From Octopus vulgaris (Eukaryota), in assembly GCA_951406725.2 (NCBI GenBank), contig OX597834.1:32240001-32304000 (forward strand): 64,000 nt of DNA, read 5' to 3'. Under the pieces are notes generated by a model. That model did no database searches. It was not told the origin of the DNA and saw only the letters and a program-made list of their open reading frames with translations. Below are positions 25,203 to 39,679 of the stretch, in pieces (the stretch's first letter is position 1; the number at the start of each line of letters is the position of its first letter). The position numbers and the translations under genes were made by a program.

Positions 25203-26503
25203 CTAGCAGAGATACCCAGTTTTGCCTGTGTCACATGGAATTGAAGAATTAGACTTTTCTTTTATATTTTCTCTAGTGAACTGGAACACCTATGATTTGA
25301 ATTTCATTAAAATTGGAGATTAAGAATTTTAATGAGGATTCTTTCTCTCTTTACACATCCTAACAAAAATTCTAATCATGGCACATTTATCCCATACTAC
25401 TCATCTTTATGCCCAGATTCCAAAATCCAAATCTTATAAAACCTATTCAAAGGTTTTTGCTCCTGAAAAATGGAGCACATGGAGCTCTAAAATGTGGGAG
25501 TTAAGGCTCCTATTGGGGTGGGTGGATGGATCTTAAAATCAACCAGAGAAGTTGAATTGTTGGGAATCTTTTTTAATATGAGTCTTATAATAATGAAATT
25601 ATTCTATACAGTGCTCAGGTGCACCACAACTTTTCAAAAGTGCTTATAAAGCATATGCAGTAATGTAGAAATGTCTGGAAAGTGAACAGTGTATGAGTCA
25701 GAGATACATGCTTGCATGTGTATGGAGGAGAGAAAATCAGGTGTAGTGTTGGCGAATCTCTGGAAGCATAGAACTTTTGAAGGATGCAGTGCTCAGACAA
25801 CTAACAACTGATGCCGGCAGTTTGTTCCATACTTCAGCAACTCTTAGCATGAAAAAATGTTTCCAAAAGTCATGGGAGCTGTGCTGTTTTCTGACTTTGT
25901 AAACATGTCCACGAGTGTTAGACAGGTGGAGTTTGAAAAGGTGCTCAGAGTTATTGTTTGTAAGATGTTTGTTCCATGCTTCAACAAACTCTTAGCGTGA
26001 AAAAAATGTTTCCAAAAGTCATCGGAGTTGTATCTATTGTTCAAATTTCTTTTAAATTGGAAATATATGAATGTTCATTGGGTTTGTAAAAGAGAGCAAA
26101 GCTACAGGAAATCAAAAGAGAAATGATCACAATAAGCAGTCAGCTATACTAACCTAGTTGTTACCATTTCCCAATGTAGGATTCCTCACCATACAGATGA
26201 CAGGCACAACATGGGAAATTTATGAATTTTCATGGATGGGGGGGTCTGCCCCCTTTAAGCCACCTCAAATTCAAACGAAACATACTGCATTATACCCGCC
26301 CATATGCATTGAGTCTAAGTTCCAAATACCATAAGGATCCATTCAGTAATTTTGGTCCATGAAGTTGTATGAAACATACGGCATTATCCTTCTCCCTAGG
26401 CTTGAATTTTGTGTTCCAAATTTCATCAGGATCGGTGCAGTAGTTTTCGAGCCTTTAAGTTACACACGAACACACATAAAGACATTGACTTTTATATAAT
26501 AGA
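25203..26503 (-). mobile_element. Non-autonomous Helitron (different family) containing a CR1 fragment
   Basis: 5' TCTATTATATAAAAGTC ... 3' hairpin and CTGCTAG, between A and T. Confidence 0.7.
25612..26035 (-). mobile_element. CR1-like LINE 3' fragment with partial duplication, nested in a Helitron
   Basis: Minus frame SNTRGHVYKVRKQ...FFMLRVAEVWNKLPASVVS...SFK matches the CR1/L2 ORF2 C-terminal motif. Confidence 0.8.
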
Positions 26504-26967
26504 TGTATGTATACATATATACATATATGTCTATGTGTGTGTGTGTAGTACAAATCAGTAATTATACAATATTATTTCATTGTTATGATACAAAAGAAAT
26601 ACAATGCAATAATAATAATAACGAAGACATTGTTATACAACTTTGCAATAATGAAAATAAGTCGTTGCAAAACTTTTGGGTGAAGGGGCAATCAAATTTT
26701 ATTTTACTTTATGTTTTTACACTACATTGGTGAACTTAGACAAACAGTAATGGCATGCTGGTAGTGATGGTAGCAGTGGTGTTGGTAGTGATGGCTGTGG
26801 TGGTGGTGGGAGGAGAGGTGATAAAGGTAAGGTAAGGATTAGGGTACAATGCAAAGAACCCAGATTCTCCCCTGAAGTATATCTCATCTAAAATATCGAG
26901 GATAATTATGGAGTGTACAGAAAGGAAAATGGAAAAACCCCAAATAGACAGTGATTTAAATTCTTAC

Positions 26968-26982
26968 CAATCCTCAGAAAGA
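26968..26982 (-). CDS. Possible 15-nt microexon (TCTTTCTGAGGATTG)
   Basis: cttttttcAG before and gtaaga after; open in the phase needed to join the 20399 exon. It is short, so it could be chance. Confidence 0.25.
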
Positions 26983-27167
26983 CTGAAAAAAGCAAGATTT
27001 TCACGAACAAATGGGAGTGGAAATTAAAACAGGTTTATTTCAATGATATTTTTTCTCTCCACCCACCTCATATTTTTTTTTTTTGCTTTTGTGTGTATCT
27101 CTGTGTGTTTTCTATGAGTTTCCTTACACAAGGAAAAATAACAAAATTCCCATGATTTACAATACAT

Positions 27168-27790
27168 TAGGAAGTAGAGGATGCAGCCGAGTTTACGTAT
27201 TTAGGTAGTAAGATAATGTTTTCAGGTGGCACCGATGAAGATATTAAGGCAAGTACATGTAAGGCAAAGACCGCTTTTCACCTGTTACAAAAAAGTATGG
27301 AGCGCAAGTGTAATTTCAATAAAGAACAAAATAAGAATTTTTAATACTAAAATAAAAGCGGTGTTATTGTATTAGGCTGAGACATGGCGAACAACAGTTA
27401 AGTCAAATAAGCAAATACAATCATTCTTCAACAGATGCTTGTGTAGTATACTTAAAATTAGATGGCCCAAACACATAAGCAATATGGAGCTATGGCAAAG
27501 AACAAATGAAGTTTTGATTAGGGAGCAAATATTTAAGAAAAAGTGGAAGTAGATTGGTAGCACAATTAGAAAAGACACACCAAATGTAGCGAAAAGTGCT
27601 TTAAAGTGGAAACCGGTTGGATATAGAAAGAGAGGTAGGCCTATGAACTCATGGCGTAGATCAACACAGAAGGAACTAGAGAAAGGGGGACATTCATGGC
27701 AGAGTATAAGTACAGAAGCGAAAAATTATGCGTCATGGAATTCAACTATAAGTGGCCCTATACTCCACATTGGAGGGTTAAAGGCAGGAA
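27168..27790 (+). mobile_element. Decayed RTE-clade LINE, C-terminal RT/thumb region
   Basis: Translates with stops and a frameshift to FTYLGS...GGTDEDIK...KIRIFNT..KAVLLY*AETW...RCLCSILKIRWP..ISNMELW...GYRKRGRPMNSWRRS, typical RTE ORF-end motifs. Confidence 0.9.
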
Positions 27791-28437
27791 AAAAAAAGGA
27801 AGTGTTAAAGTGTAGAATTATTATTGTTATTATTATCATTATTATTGAAGGCAACAAGCTGGCAGAATTGTTAGCACGCTGGGCAAAATGCTTTTGACTG
27901 TCTTTACGTTCTGAGTTCAAATTCACCATGGTTGACTTTGCCTTTCATCCTTTCGGGGTCAGTAAAATTGATACAGTAAAAGCTGAACACTGGAGGTTGA
28001 TGTAATTGACTCATCCCTTCCCCCAAAATACTACTGCCCTTGTGATAAAATTTGAAACCATTATTGATAATTTTTATGATTTTACAATATTATAATAATA
28101 GAATATTTCGTTTTTGGATTTGGTTTGCAAGATTCTTTATGTGGGTTCGTGTGTTGAAGCATATTCTGTTGTGTCTGGGGAGAGTCATTTTCTTTTTGTG
28201 CCTTATTATGTAACACACTCACTGGTAAAATTTCCACATTTTTCTTATTTTTATTGTCCTAAAATTTTCGCTGTGTCTTGCAACCTTTTCAATATTGAAA
28301 GAGACAGAGAGACAGACAGAGAGACAGAGAAACAGACAGTAGTAGTAGTGGTGGTAGTAGTAGATTACAGTGACCTCAGTATTTGGGATTGTGGTATCTA
28401 CGAACCCCTCCCCTCAAAATTACAGGTCTTGTGCTTA

Positions 28438-28921
28438 GAAGAAGAAGAAGAAGAAGAAGAAGAAGAAGAAGAAGAAGAAGAAGAAGAAGGAGAAGAAGAA
28501 GGAGAAGAAGAAGAAGAAGAAGAAGAAGAAGAAGAAGAAGAAGAAAAGAAGAAGAAAATGAAGAAGAAGAAGAAGAAGAAGAAGAAGAAGAAGAAGAAGA
28601 AGAAGAAGAAGAAGAAGAAGAAGAAAGGGGAATGGGGAGGTGCAGAAGGAAGAGAGGAAGAGGAGGAGGCAAGAAGAAAGGAAGGAAAGACAGACAGAGA
28701 CAGAGAGGCTGACAGAAAGAAAGAAAGAAAGAAAGAACGAAAGAAAGAAAGAAAGAGAAAACAAAAGAAAGGAAAACAGACAGAAGTCAGAAAAGACTAG
28801 AAGAAAGAAAAGAGAAAATAAAAAGAAAAAGAAAACTGAAGAAAAAAAAAGAAAGAAAAAAACAGATGAAGCAAAAGAAGAATAAAGAATAAAGAATAAA
28901 GAATGAAGAATGAAGAATGAA
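28438..28921. repeat. (GAA)n microsatellite and purine-rich tract
   Basis: Direct observation; source of the spurious poly-E/K/R ORFs. Confidence 0.95.
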
Positions 28922-29154
28922 GCAGTTTGGGATTCATCCAAATATTATTCACAGTTAGGGCGTGTGTCACTATATTTTGGGTTTTGGTTTGTGTTGTTCG
29001 TGTTTCCTACATTGATAATGTTTAGTGAAAAGATGAAAAGACTGGCGGCTGCCATATTTAAGTAATGAGTATGTTTCAGAGAGTAGAGTGTGTGTGCGTG
29101 TGTGTGTGTGCATGCGTGTGTATAAATATATAAACACACAAACACATACATATA

Positions 29155-29209
<55 letters not shown>

Positions 29210-29223
29210 TATATTTTTAATAT

Positions 29224-29290
<67 letters not shown>

Positions 29291-29442
29291 ATTATTTATA
29301 TATATACATTTTATATACACATACACACAATTATTTATATATATATATGTATATATATAGAATATATATATATATATATATGTATGTATAATATATATAT
29401 ATATATAATATATGAATATATGTATATATATATGTATGTATG

Positions 29443-29563
<121 letters not shown>

Positions 29564-29893
29564 AATGTATATATATATATATGCTCACTGTCATATTAAC
29601 AAGGAATATTAATTTAAATGGAAGATCTTGCAAGAGTTTAATGGTCGTTTTGAGGGGAGGTGCGTTGTTTAGGTGGGTGTTGTGTTAGATTTTGGGGGTG
29701 GGGAAGTATGTGTGTCTATATTTTACATATCTTTGTTTTTTGTTTGTTTGTTGTTGCTTTGTTGCCATTGTTTTTGATTTTTCTTTGATTTTCCCTTCCT
29801 TTGCAAGAGTTTTCTTTTCCTTTTGGTTTTCACTTGTTCATTGATGGTTAGAGAGATAAACTCTGTGTGTGTATGTATGTATGTGTATATATG

Positions 29894-29941
<48 letters not shown>

Positions 29942-29988
29942 TAGATAGATAGATAGAAGACACATTGATATATGTATATGTTTGTATA

Positions 29989-30062
<74 letters not shown>

Positions 30063-30448
30063 AATATATTCACACACACACATCAGTATGTGTGTGTATG
30101 TATAATGGAAACGCTCATGTGCACGTATAAATATAGCCACACATGTAAACATAAATAAAGATAGGAACCGTTATATATCATATTTAATCTTATCTCATAT
30201 TTTGTTTAGTCTGGAAGACCCAGGGTCTTACTTTATTTTGCTTCCTTCGTTTTCCAGACCCTTTCTACTTATCTTGCGTATTTATCTTTTGATGGGGTAT
30301 AGGGTTCATCCAAAAAGCAATCCCAGTTGATAATACTCCAGACTACTCAACCCAACACTTCCTTTTTCTTTAAACACACACACATATATATATACACAGA
30401 CACACTTATATATATACACGTACACACAGAGTGCTCTCTCTCTCTCTG

Positions 30449-30479
<31 letters not shown>

Positions 30480-30516
30480 GTATATAAAAATATATATATA
30501 TATTTCATTTGCTTTC

Positions 30517-30726
30517 CTTTTACTTGTTTCAGTCATTTGACTGTGGCCATACTGGAGCACCACCTTAACGGGTTCTAGATGAAGAAATCAACCCCAGGAC
30601 TTATTCTTCTTTTAAGCCTAATACTTATTCTATTGCTCTCTTTATCTGAACTGCTAAGTTACGGGGACATAAACACATCAGCATCAATCGTCAAGCGATG
30701 GCTGGGGTACAAACACAATCACACAC

Positions 30727-30786
<60 letters not shown>

Positions 30787-30950
30787 ACAGGCTTCTTTTA
30801 GTTTCTGTCTGCCAAATCCACTCACAAGGCTTTGGTCAGCCCGAGGTTATAGTAGAAGACACTTGTCCAAGGGGCCACACAGTGGGACTGAAACCAGAAC
30901 CATGTGGTTGGGAAGCAAGCTTCTTACCGCATAGCCATGTCTGTGCCTAT
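30517..30950 (-). mobile_element. SINE family A
   Basis: Reverse complement of the consensus. Confidence 0.85.
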
Positions 30951-31213
30951 GTATTGCTAAACCTCGCTAAGATAAATATTTCAATTAACCTGAAGATTGA
31001 CTGTAACCATAACTCGAATTATTACAAATTGTACAGCCATGAAACGATCGTAGTGTTTTACTCCTTATCTTTTATTAAACTTTTAATATTTTTGATATAT
31101 ATTTAAGATAATATAAATTAATTAATTTTATGTATTGGCTTATGTTTTTCATTGTTTGATTTGCCTAATAGTGGTTTTATCTCTAATTTAATATAATATA
31201 ATATAATATATAT

Positions 31214-31260
<47 letters not shown>

Positions 31261-31882
31261 TTTGGTGATCTTGCCATTGCTGGTGCCATGAAAAATGCAT
31301 CCAGTGCACACTGTGAATTGGGTGGCATTTGGAAGGGCCTCCAGCCATAAAAGCCAAGCCAAAACAGACCTTGACAGTGCTGGTGCCACACAAAAAGCAT
31401 GCAGTCCACCCTGTAAAGTGGTTAGGATTAGGAAGGGCATCAATCCATTGAAACCATGCTAAGACAGAGAGACAGACAGTGGAGCTTGATGCAGTCCTGT
31501 GGTTTACTAGCCCCTCTCAAACCATTGAACCCATGGAAGGCAGATGTTAAATGATGATGATGATGATGATGATGTGTACAAAAAACAACAAATAAGACTT
31601 CAGTTGACCCAGGGCTATAGTAAAAAACATTTTCTTAGGGTGCTCTGAAAATATGCAGCTGGGTAATGACTTTCATAGCCACACAACCATTCCTGCATCT
31701 ATCTATATATATATCTTGATACACACACACACACACAGACACACACACACACACACACATGTATATATATATTCGAGGAAGTGAGCCAATTGGTTTGTTT
31801 AACAGTGCCAATAAGCTTGTAGAAACACGTGTATATCATATAAATCTTAAAAATACCAATTATGTTTTCTGTTTTTTTATTA

Positions 31883-31922
<40 letters not shown>

Positions 31923-32871
31923 ACACTTGTATATCCCTCATTCTCTCTACCACCCTCTTTCTTCAGTCAGTAAACATTCTACCATTGCCAGCCGCCACCC
32001 CCTTCACATTCACCCATTCATCTGCATTCTTCTTTGTAATCACTCTCACTTCAACTCATTTTTACAAACATGATACTTTGAATGAACAAACACATCATTG
32101 AGTCGAGAAGATTCTCTAAATCTCTTGAGATTACAAAACAATCTCATTAGAGTCAGTACCATGGTAATATGCACCTGGTACACCCTGCAAGGTAGTCAGC
32201 AAAAGCCGTGGAGATAAGAGCACCTGGAAGACGTTTCAGTCTTGCTGAATACGTGACAACCCCCCTAGTGCTGGTGCTATGATAGAATGCACCCAGTACA
32301 TTCTGTAAAAAAGAGAGTTGTGAAAGGAAAGGTTTCCCTATAAAAATAAACAAGCCAAAATTGAAATGTATGAGCAACACACACACACATTTAAAGACCC
32401 CCTTTGATCATGAATGACCATGGGATACACCTAGAATGTTCTCCTCTGAGGCACAAGTCTGGGCAAGGTTGTTTATGGAAGACCAACAGTCAGCCATGCA
32501 TACCAGTCTCCCCTCTCCATGCCACCAATGTTATTGAAGAGAAAGGCAAAGGGGCCGATACAGCTTGGTACCAGTGACATCGCAACTCATTTCTACAGCT
32601 GAGTGAATTGGAGCAACACGAAATAAAAGTGTCTTGCTCAAGAACACAACACAGAGCCAGGTCAGGGAATCGAACTCACTACATCATGACTGTGAGCCTG
32701 AGACTCTAACCACTGAGCCATGGCCCATTACATGAGAAGGTGACACAGATAAGAAATAAACTACCCGCACAGGTGTTTACACACATATAATAAAATCTTT
32801 ACTGTTTGTATTTGTACAGGTAACAAAAATGTGCTGGGATGACATGCACATTTGTGAAGCATATTTTCTTT

Positions 32872-33352
32872 AGGCATGGTTGTGTGGTAAGGAGTTTGCT
32901 TCTCAACCACATGGTTCCAAGTTCAGTCCCGTTGCATGGCACCTTCAGTGAGTGTCTTGTTCTATAACACTGGGCCGACCAAAGCCATGTGAGTGGACTT
33001 GGTAGGCAGAAACTGAAAGAAGCCTGTCATATGTGCATGTGTGTGTAAAACTTCGTGAGGGGATTTGTTAGAAGGAAACTGAAAGAAGCCTGAAGTATAT
33101 ATATATATATATATATGTGTGTGTATGTATGTATGTGCGCATATATGCTTGTGTATCTGTATTTGTCCCCCCACCAACCATTGCTTGACAACTGGTGTTG
33201 GTGTGTTTACGTCTCCATAACTTACCGGTTTGACAAAAGAGACCAATAGAATAAGTACTAGGCTTACAAAGAATAAGCCCTGAGGTCGATTTGCTCAACT
33301 AAAGGTGGTGTTCCAGCATGGCCGCAGTCAAATGACTGAAACAAGTGAAATA
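32872..33352 (+). mobile_element. SINE family A with internal partial duplication
   Basis: The GAAACTGAAAGAAGCCTG block occurs twice. Confidence 0.85.
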
Positions 33353-33370
33353 AAAAGGAATATATATACA

Positions 33371-33901
33371 CAGACATGCAGGAAGTAAATAGACACCTTT
33401 AATTTTCAAAATTTCTGATCTTAATATGTCTTAATATGTTTTCAGCAGTGTAGAATTTACAATGTAATTATTCTTTTTCATTCCAGGTGCCATTATATTA
33501 AACATTTGTGAAGATTAACCATGCCATGCACAAAGAATTCAGCACAACAAAGAGGTCGTATTGTTGGGCAATCTGAGGCTGGTCTTCGCCAGTGAAAAAT
33601 TGCTGAAAATCTTCTGCAATTCAAAAGCCAAGGAAAAGAATCAACAGATTCTCGTCCCAGCCAACCTGGGTCATCGGAAAGGAAGCTTCAATGTTTGAAG
33701 AGAATTGTTGAAAACGAAACCCGTTCGAAGGCTTCTGACATTGCAAAACAGCTAGAAGTGAGTCCAAGAACATGTGTTACATATCTGCATAAGCTTCGAT
33801 ATTATGGACAAGTAGCTAGAAGAAAACCTCTCCTTCAACCAATCAATATCAAATAAAAGATTTTGAAAATTAAAGGTGTCTATTTACTTCTTGCATGTCT
33901 G
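33371..33901 (+). mobile_element. Internally deleted Tc1-like transposon
   Basis: ~42-bp TIRs CAGACATGCAGGAAGTAAATAGACACCTTTAATTTTCAAAAT / ATTTTGAAAATTAAAGGTGTCTATTTACTTCTTGCATGTCTG. Broken ORF from 33521: RGRIVGQSEAG..IAENL...ASDIAKQLEVSPRT...ARRKPLL (paired-like HTH); no DDE domain. Confidence 0.9.
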
Positions 33902-34451
33902 TTTGTGTGTGTGTGTATGTATATATATATATATATGTATGTATGTATGTATGTATATATGTATGTATAAGCATGGCTGTGGGGTAAGACGCTTGCTTTC
34001 CAACGACTTGTTTCCAGGTGTTGGTGTATTTATCTCCCTGTAACCTAGTGGTTCAACAAAGGAGACCAATAGAATAAGTTCCAGGCTTAAATAAAAGAAC
34101 GAGTACTGGGGCTGATTAATTCTACTACAAATTCTCCATGGTGGTGGCCCCCCATGGCTACACTCTAACGACTGAAACAAGTAAAAGATGAAAGACATAC
34201 ATGCATACACGTTTGTCTGTTTTACGTCTGACTTTCTAGCTAGCATGGGTTAGCTGAATACATTACTGAAGCATTGTGTGAAGCTCAACTGAAAGTCACA
34301 TGTTGGAGAAGCCACATGGAACATGCAATTTAAATCTAAGATATAACCTTTGTTGCTCTAGCTAATTACAGTACACACACACACTCACACACACACCTAC
34401 ACTCACACTCACACCCACACACGCTCACACACACACACCTACACTCACCCC

Positions 34452-34484
<33 letters not shown>

Positions 34485-35176
34485 TCACACCCACACTCAC
34501 ACACACGCACACACTCACACCCACACATGCACACACACACACTCACACTCACACACCTACACTCACACTCACACACACACACACCTACACTCACACCAAC
34601 ACACACTCACCCACCCACACACACTCACACACACCCATCCGACATGCAGCTTTTACAATCTGCTCATCTGTGAACTCTGACATTAAAATCATGTCTAATC
34701 TAAGGAGCATCTTCCTGATTCCTCCTCCCTTGGCCGATCTCTCTCAGCCTCCCTCTCACAGACTCTTGAGCATTGCAATGAGGTTAAAATCTGAATAGTC
34801 ATATTGTGTTTTGTGGTTGTTTTTTTTCTTTTGAAAACCAAAGATATTGTAAGAGAGAGTGGTGGTGGGGAGGACAGAGAGAGAGAGGAGATAGAAAGAC
34901 AGAGAAATACAAAGAACAAGAGAGGGAGGAAGGGAGTGAGTGAGTGAGTGACAGAGAGAAATAGTGAGAGAGAAAGTGAGAGACAGTAAGGGAGAGGGTG
35001 AGCGAGAAAAAGAGAGGGAATGAGAAAGAAAGAGACAGTGAGAGAGAGAGAAAGAGAGTGAGTGTGTGAGTGAGAGAGAAAGTTAGAGAGAGCAAGGGAG
35101 AGGGTGAGCAAGAAAAAGAGAGAGAGGGATAAAGAGAGATAGAGGGGAATGTGGGAGAGAGAGAGAGAGGAGACTG

Positions 35177-35214
<38 letters not shown>

Positions 35215-37237
35215 ATGAGAGAGGGAAAAAGAGGGGAGAGAATGAGTGAGTGTAAGTGAGAGAGAAATATTGAGAGAAAGAGAGTGAATGAGGAAAGGAG
35301 AGAAAGAGAAAGACTATGTAGCTGCTTGAATTGCTAAAAGATAAACTGCCTCTTTATATTGCAGTCCAGGAATTGTTATTGCAGAATATTTTTATCTGCT
35401 ACACTACAACACATGATGCTCTCTAATTTTACAACACTCAAAGCCACTAGGTCAGTGGTTCCCAAAGTGGGTGGTATTGCTCCCCTCCCACCCTAGGGGT
35501 AGTGGAAAGTTCCAAGGGGGTCTCAAAGAAAACTGGGGTGATAATGGGATAACAATTCATGTAAAAATTGGGGGTTTTGTTCCCGTTAATGGGGGTAGCT
35601 GGATCTACCACAATGTCATAGCAACCACCCTCACACCCAGTCATGCTTGCACAACTCCTACCTTTGGGCTGGCTAATGCCCATTCTCCTTTGCTATCATG
35701 AGGCTTTTTTGGAGCTGGATTTTCTATGGGGAGCATGCCCTTGCTTACCCCCCCACCTCAGTTTCTAGACATGAGTGGTCCTGAGACCAAGGCCTCTACC
35801 ACAATTTTTTTAGGAAATGTGGTGGAAAAGTAACTCAGGAATGCAAGAACACTACTCCTTGAAACCCTTTTCAAAGCCCCACTAACTAATGTATGTACAT
35901 AAAAATTTGTGCAATGAAAGCACTTTGAATATCTACCTGAAGAACTTCATCACCAAAATAAATTAACCTAGAAATGATTTTGGACTGATCTGAAACAGGA
36001 TTTTTCCAATTTTGGATATATCTGGCTTCATTGATGTACAAATATAATAATTACTATTATTATTATCATGGTGCCGAGCTGGCAGAATTGTTAGTATGCT
36101 GGGCAAAATGCTTAGCAGTATTTTGTCCACCTTCACGTTCTGAGTTCAAATTCTGCTGGGGTTGTCTTTGCCTTTCATCTTTTCAAGGTCAATAAATTAA
36201 GTAACAGTAAAACACTGTGGTCGATATAATCGACTGGTCCCCTCCCCACAAATTTTAGGCCTTGTGCCTTTAGTAGAAAGGATTATTATTATTATTATAC
36301 CTATGTTTGTTTTGATATAAAGATAGAAATAAAAATTGACCTCGTTTGTAAAAAGTTTTGGACCTGGGTTTGTACCCACTAAACACATTTAGTTCCTGGT
36401 TATATGTTTCTGTCTACCAAATTTTCTCACAAGGCATTGGTTCCCACCCAGGGCTATAATAAGAGCCATCTAAGTTATCATGCAGTAGGATTAATCTCAA
36501 AACCACTTGCTTACAAGCAAACATCTTAACTATGCAGCCATCTGGCAGGGACTTCTACAGCTGTTCCATCAGGTTATCATTGGGTTATATAACCCCAACA
36601 ACAATAATTTAACACCCTCATAAAGATGCCTGTGTGTATATGTGTGTGTGTGTGTGTGTCTTTGTGCATGTGTTTGTCCTCCACCACTGCTTGACAACAG
36701 GTGCTGGTGTGTTTACATCCCTGTGACTTGGCAGTTTGGCAAAAGACACCAATAAAAAAAAGGAACAGGCTTTAAAAAATTTAATAAGTATTGGGGTTGA
36801 TTCGTTTGGCTAAAATTCTTCAAGGTGGTGCCCCAGCATGGCCATAGTTTGATGTCTGATGGCTGGAAAAAGTAAAAGAAAAGAGACCAAAAAAAAAAGA
36901 GAAAAAACATGTCCCATATAGGAGACAACATAAAAAAATATGACCCCAATGTCACACTGGAAATATCCAACTTGATAAAAAGCAGAGACAACCACAGAGG
37001 CCCTAAGCACTTTAAAGATTTTGGTTAAGAAAAAAACCCAAACCAGAAACTGGAAATGGAGCACAATTATAACATTTGTAAAGCTAAATAAAACACAAAT
37101 GAATTAGCATCATGCAGACTCTTCTTCTTCCTATGTACAACATCGTAGAAAGGACATCACTAACCCTTGACATCCTCCTATCCAAACCTCAACTTGGATT
37201 TACTCGACTTCATTCAACAGCCATGCTACTCAACAAA

Positions 37238-37630
37238 TCTCTCTATAAGATAAAGCTGAAGTTGTTTGTGTATGGCAGGTTTGGTAGCCTTCAATTAACA
37301 CTATCTCCTCCGAGACCCTGCAGCACAAGTTGACCAAAATTGAGAGTATGATAGAAGGTTTGCTCTACCTTCCGTAGAAGAAAAAATTCAAATCGGATCA
37401 TGTTAACACCAAAAATTATTTACATCAAAAAGGTGCTTTTTTTTTCTATGAAAATCTCTATTTTTTTACAATTTTTTGACTGCTGTGTCGCCATTTTTCG
37501 GTGTATTTCAACCAGAAAAATGTTCACTTAAAGAGAATAACAAGCTACATAATGCAAAATTTTTACTTTTCAAAAATTCTAATTCTAAAGGGTCGAAACA
37601 AACCCTAGCAACGCCAGGCGATACTGCTAG
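37238..37630 (+). mobile_element. Non-autonomous Helitron
   Basis: A|TC start; ends CCTAGCAACGCCAGGCGATACTGCTAG|T. Confidence 0.85.
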
Positions 37631-38512
37631 TCTAACATAAAATAAATGATTGAGTAAATGATGACTTTATTAACAAAAGTGCCTCCCACGTGTACTATTT
37701 TAACTGTTATCAACGTCAGCAAAGTTTCCAACTCTATTCCCAGCTATACAATCATACGAAGAAATATTCAACACCTCTTTAAGATACAATTCCCCCAGCT
37801 TTCCTTATACCATCAACCAAGCATCACCACAACACACACACAAGAACAAAGAAAGCAAAACTATTTTTACAAACTTATATAAAAGAAAGAGTTCCATCAA
37901 GAAAGGGAGTCAAAGTTTTCTTGGATTTAACAACAGTGCAATAATCACCGACATGAAAACCGCTGGAGATTTGCACAAAATAATTATTAGGAACATCTAA
38001 GAAACAAATAGGTAAATAAGAATAAAAGATAAGCGCAGGCATGGCTGTATGGTAAGAAGCTTGCTTCCCACTCACATGGTTCTGGGTTCGGTTCAACTCT
38101 GTGGTACACCTTGGGCAAGTGTCTTCTACTATAACCTCAGGCCAACCAAAGCCTTATGAATTTATTTGGTAGACAGGAACTGAAAGAAACTCATTATATC
38201 TATCTATTTATCTATCAGTCTCCTGTTTCTGAAGAAGAGCATTTCTTGAAACATAAAACCACCTTTCTTTCCTTCCCTGAGCATCTTATTAATACTTTGT
38301 ATGTACCACATCCTCACGTTGTTGTTTATTCTTGTCTTTTTTCTCCATTTTTTAAAATATATAATATATATTTTCTTATATATATATATATATTTTTTAC
38401 TCCACAAGGGCTGTGTGTGTGTGTGATTGTGTGTGTGATGTCGATCATCGAATCATACATCATCATGCATCATCATTCTTATATATATATATTCTTATAT
38501 ATTATATATTCT

Positions 38513-38555
<43 letters not shown>

Positions 38556-38929
38556 ATCATCATCATCATCATCATCATCATCATCTTCATTGTCATCACA
38601 ACCATTGTCATCACCATCATTATCATCACAATCATCGTCATCATCATTTTAACGTCTATTCTTTTTCCATGTTTGGCATGGGTAGAATGGAATTCTTTGA
38701 GGCAGATTTTCTACAGTTGGATGCTTTTCTTGTCACTAAATGTCACCTGTTCCAAAGCAAGGTAATACTCCCTCATGGCCAGACATGTTCTCACAGAATA
38801 TTGAAAAATAAACAACACTGCTTGTATGACAGTGATGCTCATTTACAACTATCATGTGATTTCAAGACAAAGAGACAGAAACACACATACACATTCATAT
38901 ACATATATATATATCAAAAGCAAAATCAA

Positions 38930-39479
38930 AATTAAATTCGATGACTGGTGTCTGTGCTAGCAGGGTGCAAAGAGCACCATATGAGCGTGATCATTGATAG
39001 AGCAGCTAACCGGCTTCCGTGCCAGTGACACTTAAAGGGCACCATTCGAGCATGATCATTACCACATCACCTTACTGGCACTTGTGCCCGTGCTAATAGG
39101 GTGCCAAGAGCACCATCCGAGCGTGATAGTTGCCAGAGCAGCCAACTGGCTTCCGTGCCAGTGGCACGTAAAAGGGCATCATTCGAGCGTGATCATTACT
39201 AACGTCGCCCTACTGGCACCTGTGCTGGTGGCATTTGTAAAAGGATTCGAGCGAGGTCGTTGCCAGTACCACCTGACTGGCCCCCATGCCAGTGGCACTT
39301 AAAATGCACCCACTACACTCTCGGAGTGGTTGGCGTAAGGAAGGGCATCCAGCTGTAGAAACTCTGCCAAATCAAGATTGGAGCCTGGTGCAGCCTTCTG
39401 GTTCGCCAGCCCTCAGTCAAAATCGTCCAACCCATGCTAGCATGGAAAGCGGACATTAAACGATGATGATGATGATGAT
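38930..39479 (+). mobile_element. (GAT)n-tailed retroelement with internal tandem subrepeats (same family as 1105-1735; older relatives near 31300-31572, 38630-38880, 46855-47290, 51820-52040)
   Basis: Shares GCACCCACTACACTC..GGAAGGGCATCCAGCTGTAGAAA..CCATGCTAGCATGGAAAGCGGAC.TTAAACGATGATGAT. Confidence 0.8.
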
Positions 39480-39679
39480 AGGCCAACTAACTTGAAACAG
39501 TGATGTGTGGGAATCCTGATAGAAGGTGACACTGAACAAATGGTTGTTTTCACACCTTTTTACCGTAAGAGAAATATTTTCTCTATGGTGACTGCAGAGA
39601 ATTTGCCCTTTAGCAGTTGAAATATGTTATAAACATATTTTAACTAACCTAAATATATATATATTTTCAAATGAGGCAG

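Noticed and set aside
28114-28941. Poly-E/K/R/L ORFs
   Set aside because: Translations of the (GAA)n tract.
38156-38935. 259-aa ORF with poly-His
   Set aside because: Runs through SINE, Penelope-like, TA/TG/CAT microsatellite and retroelement remnants.
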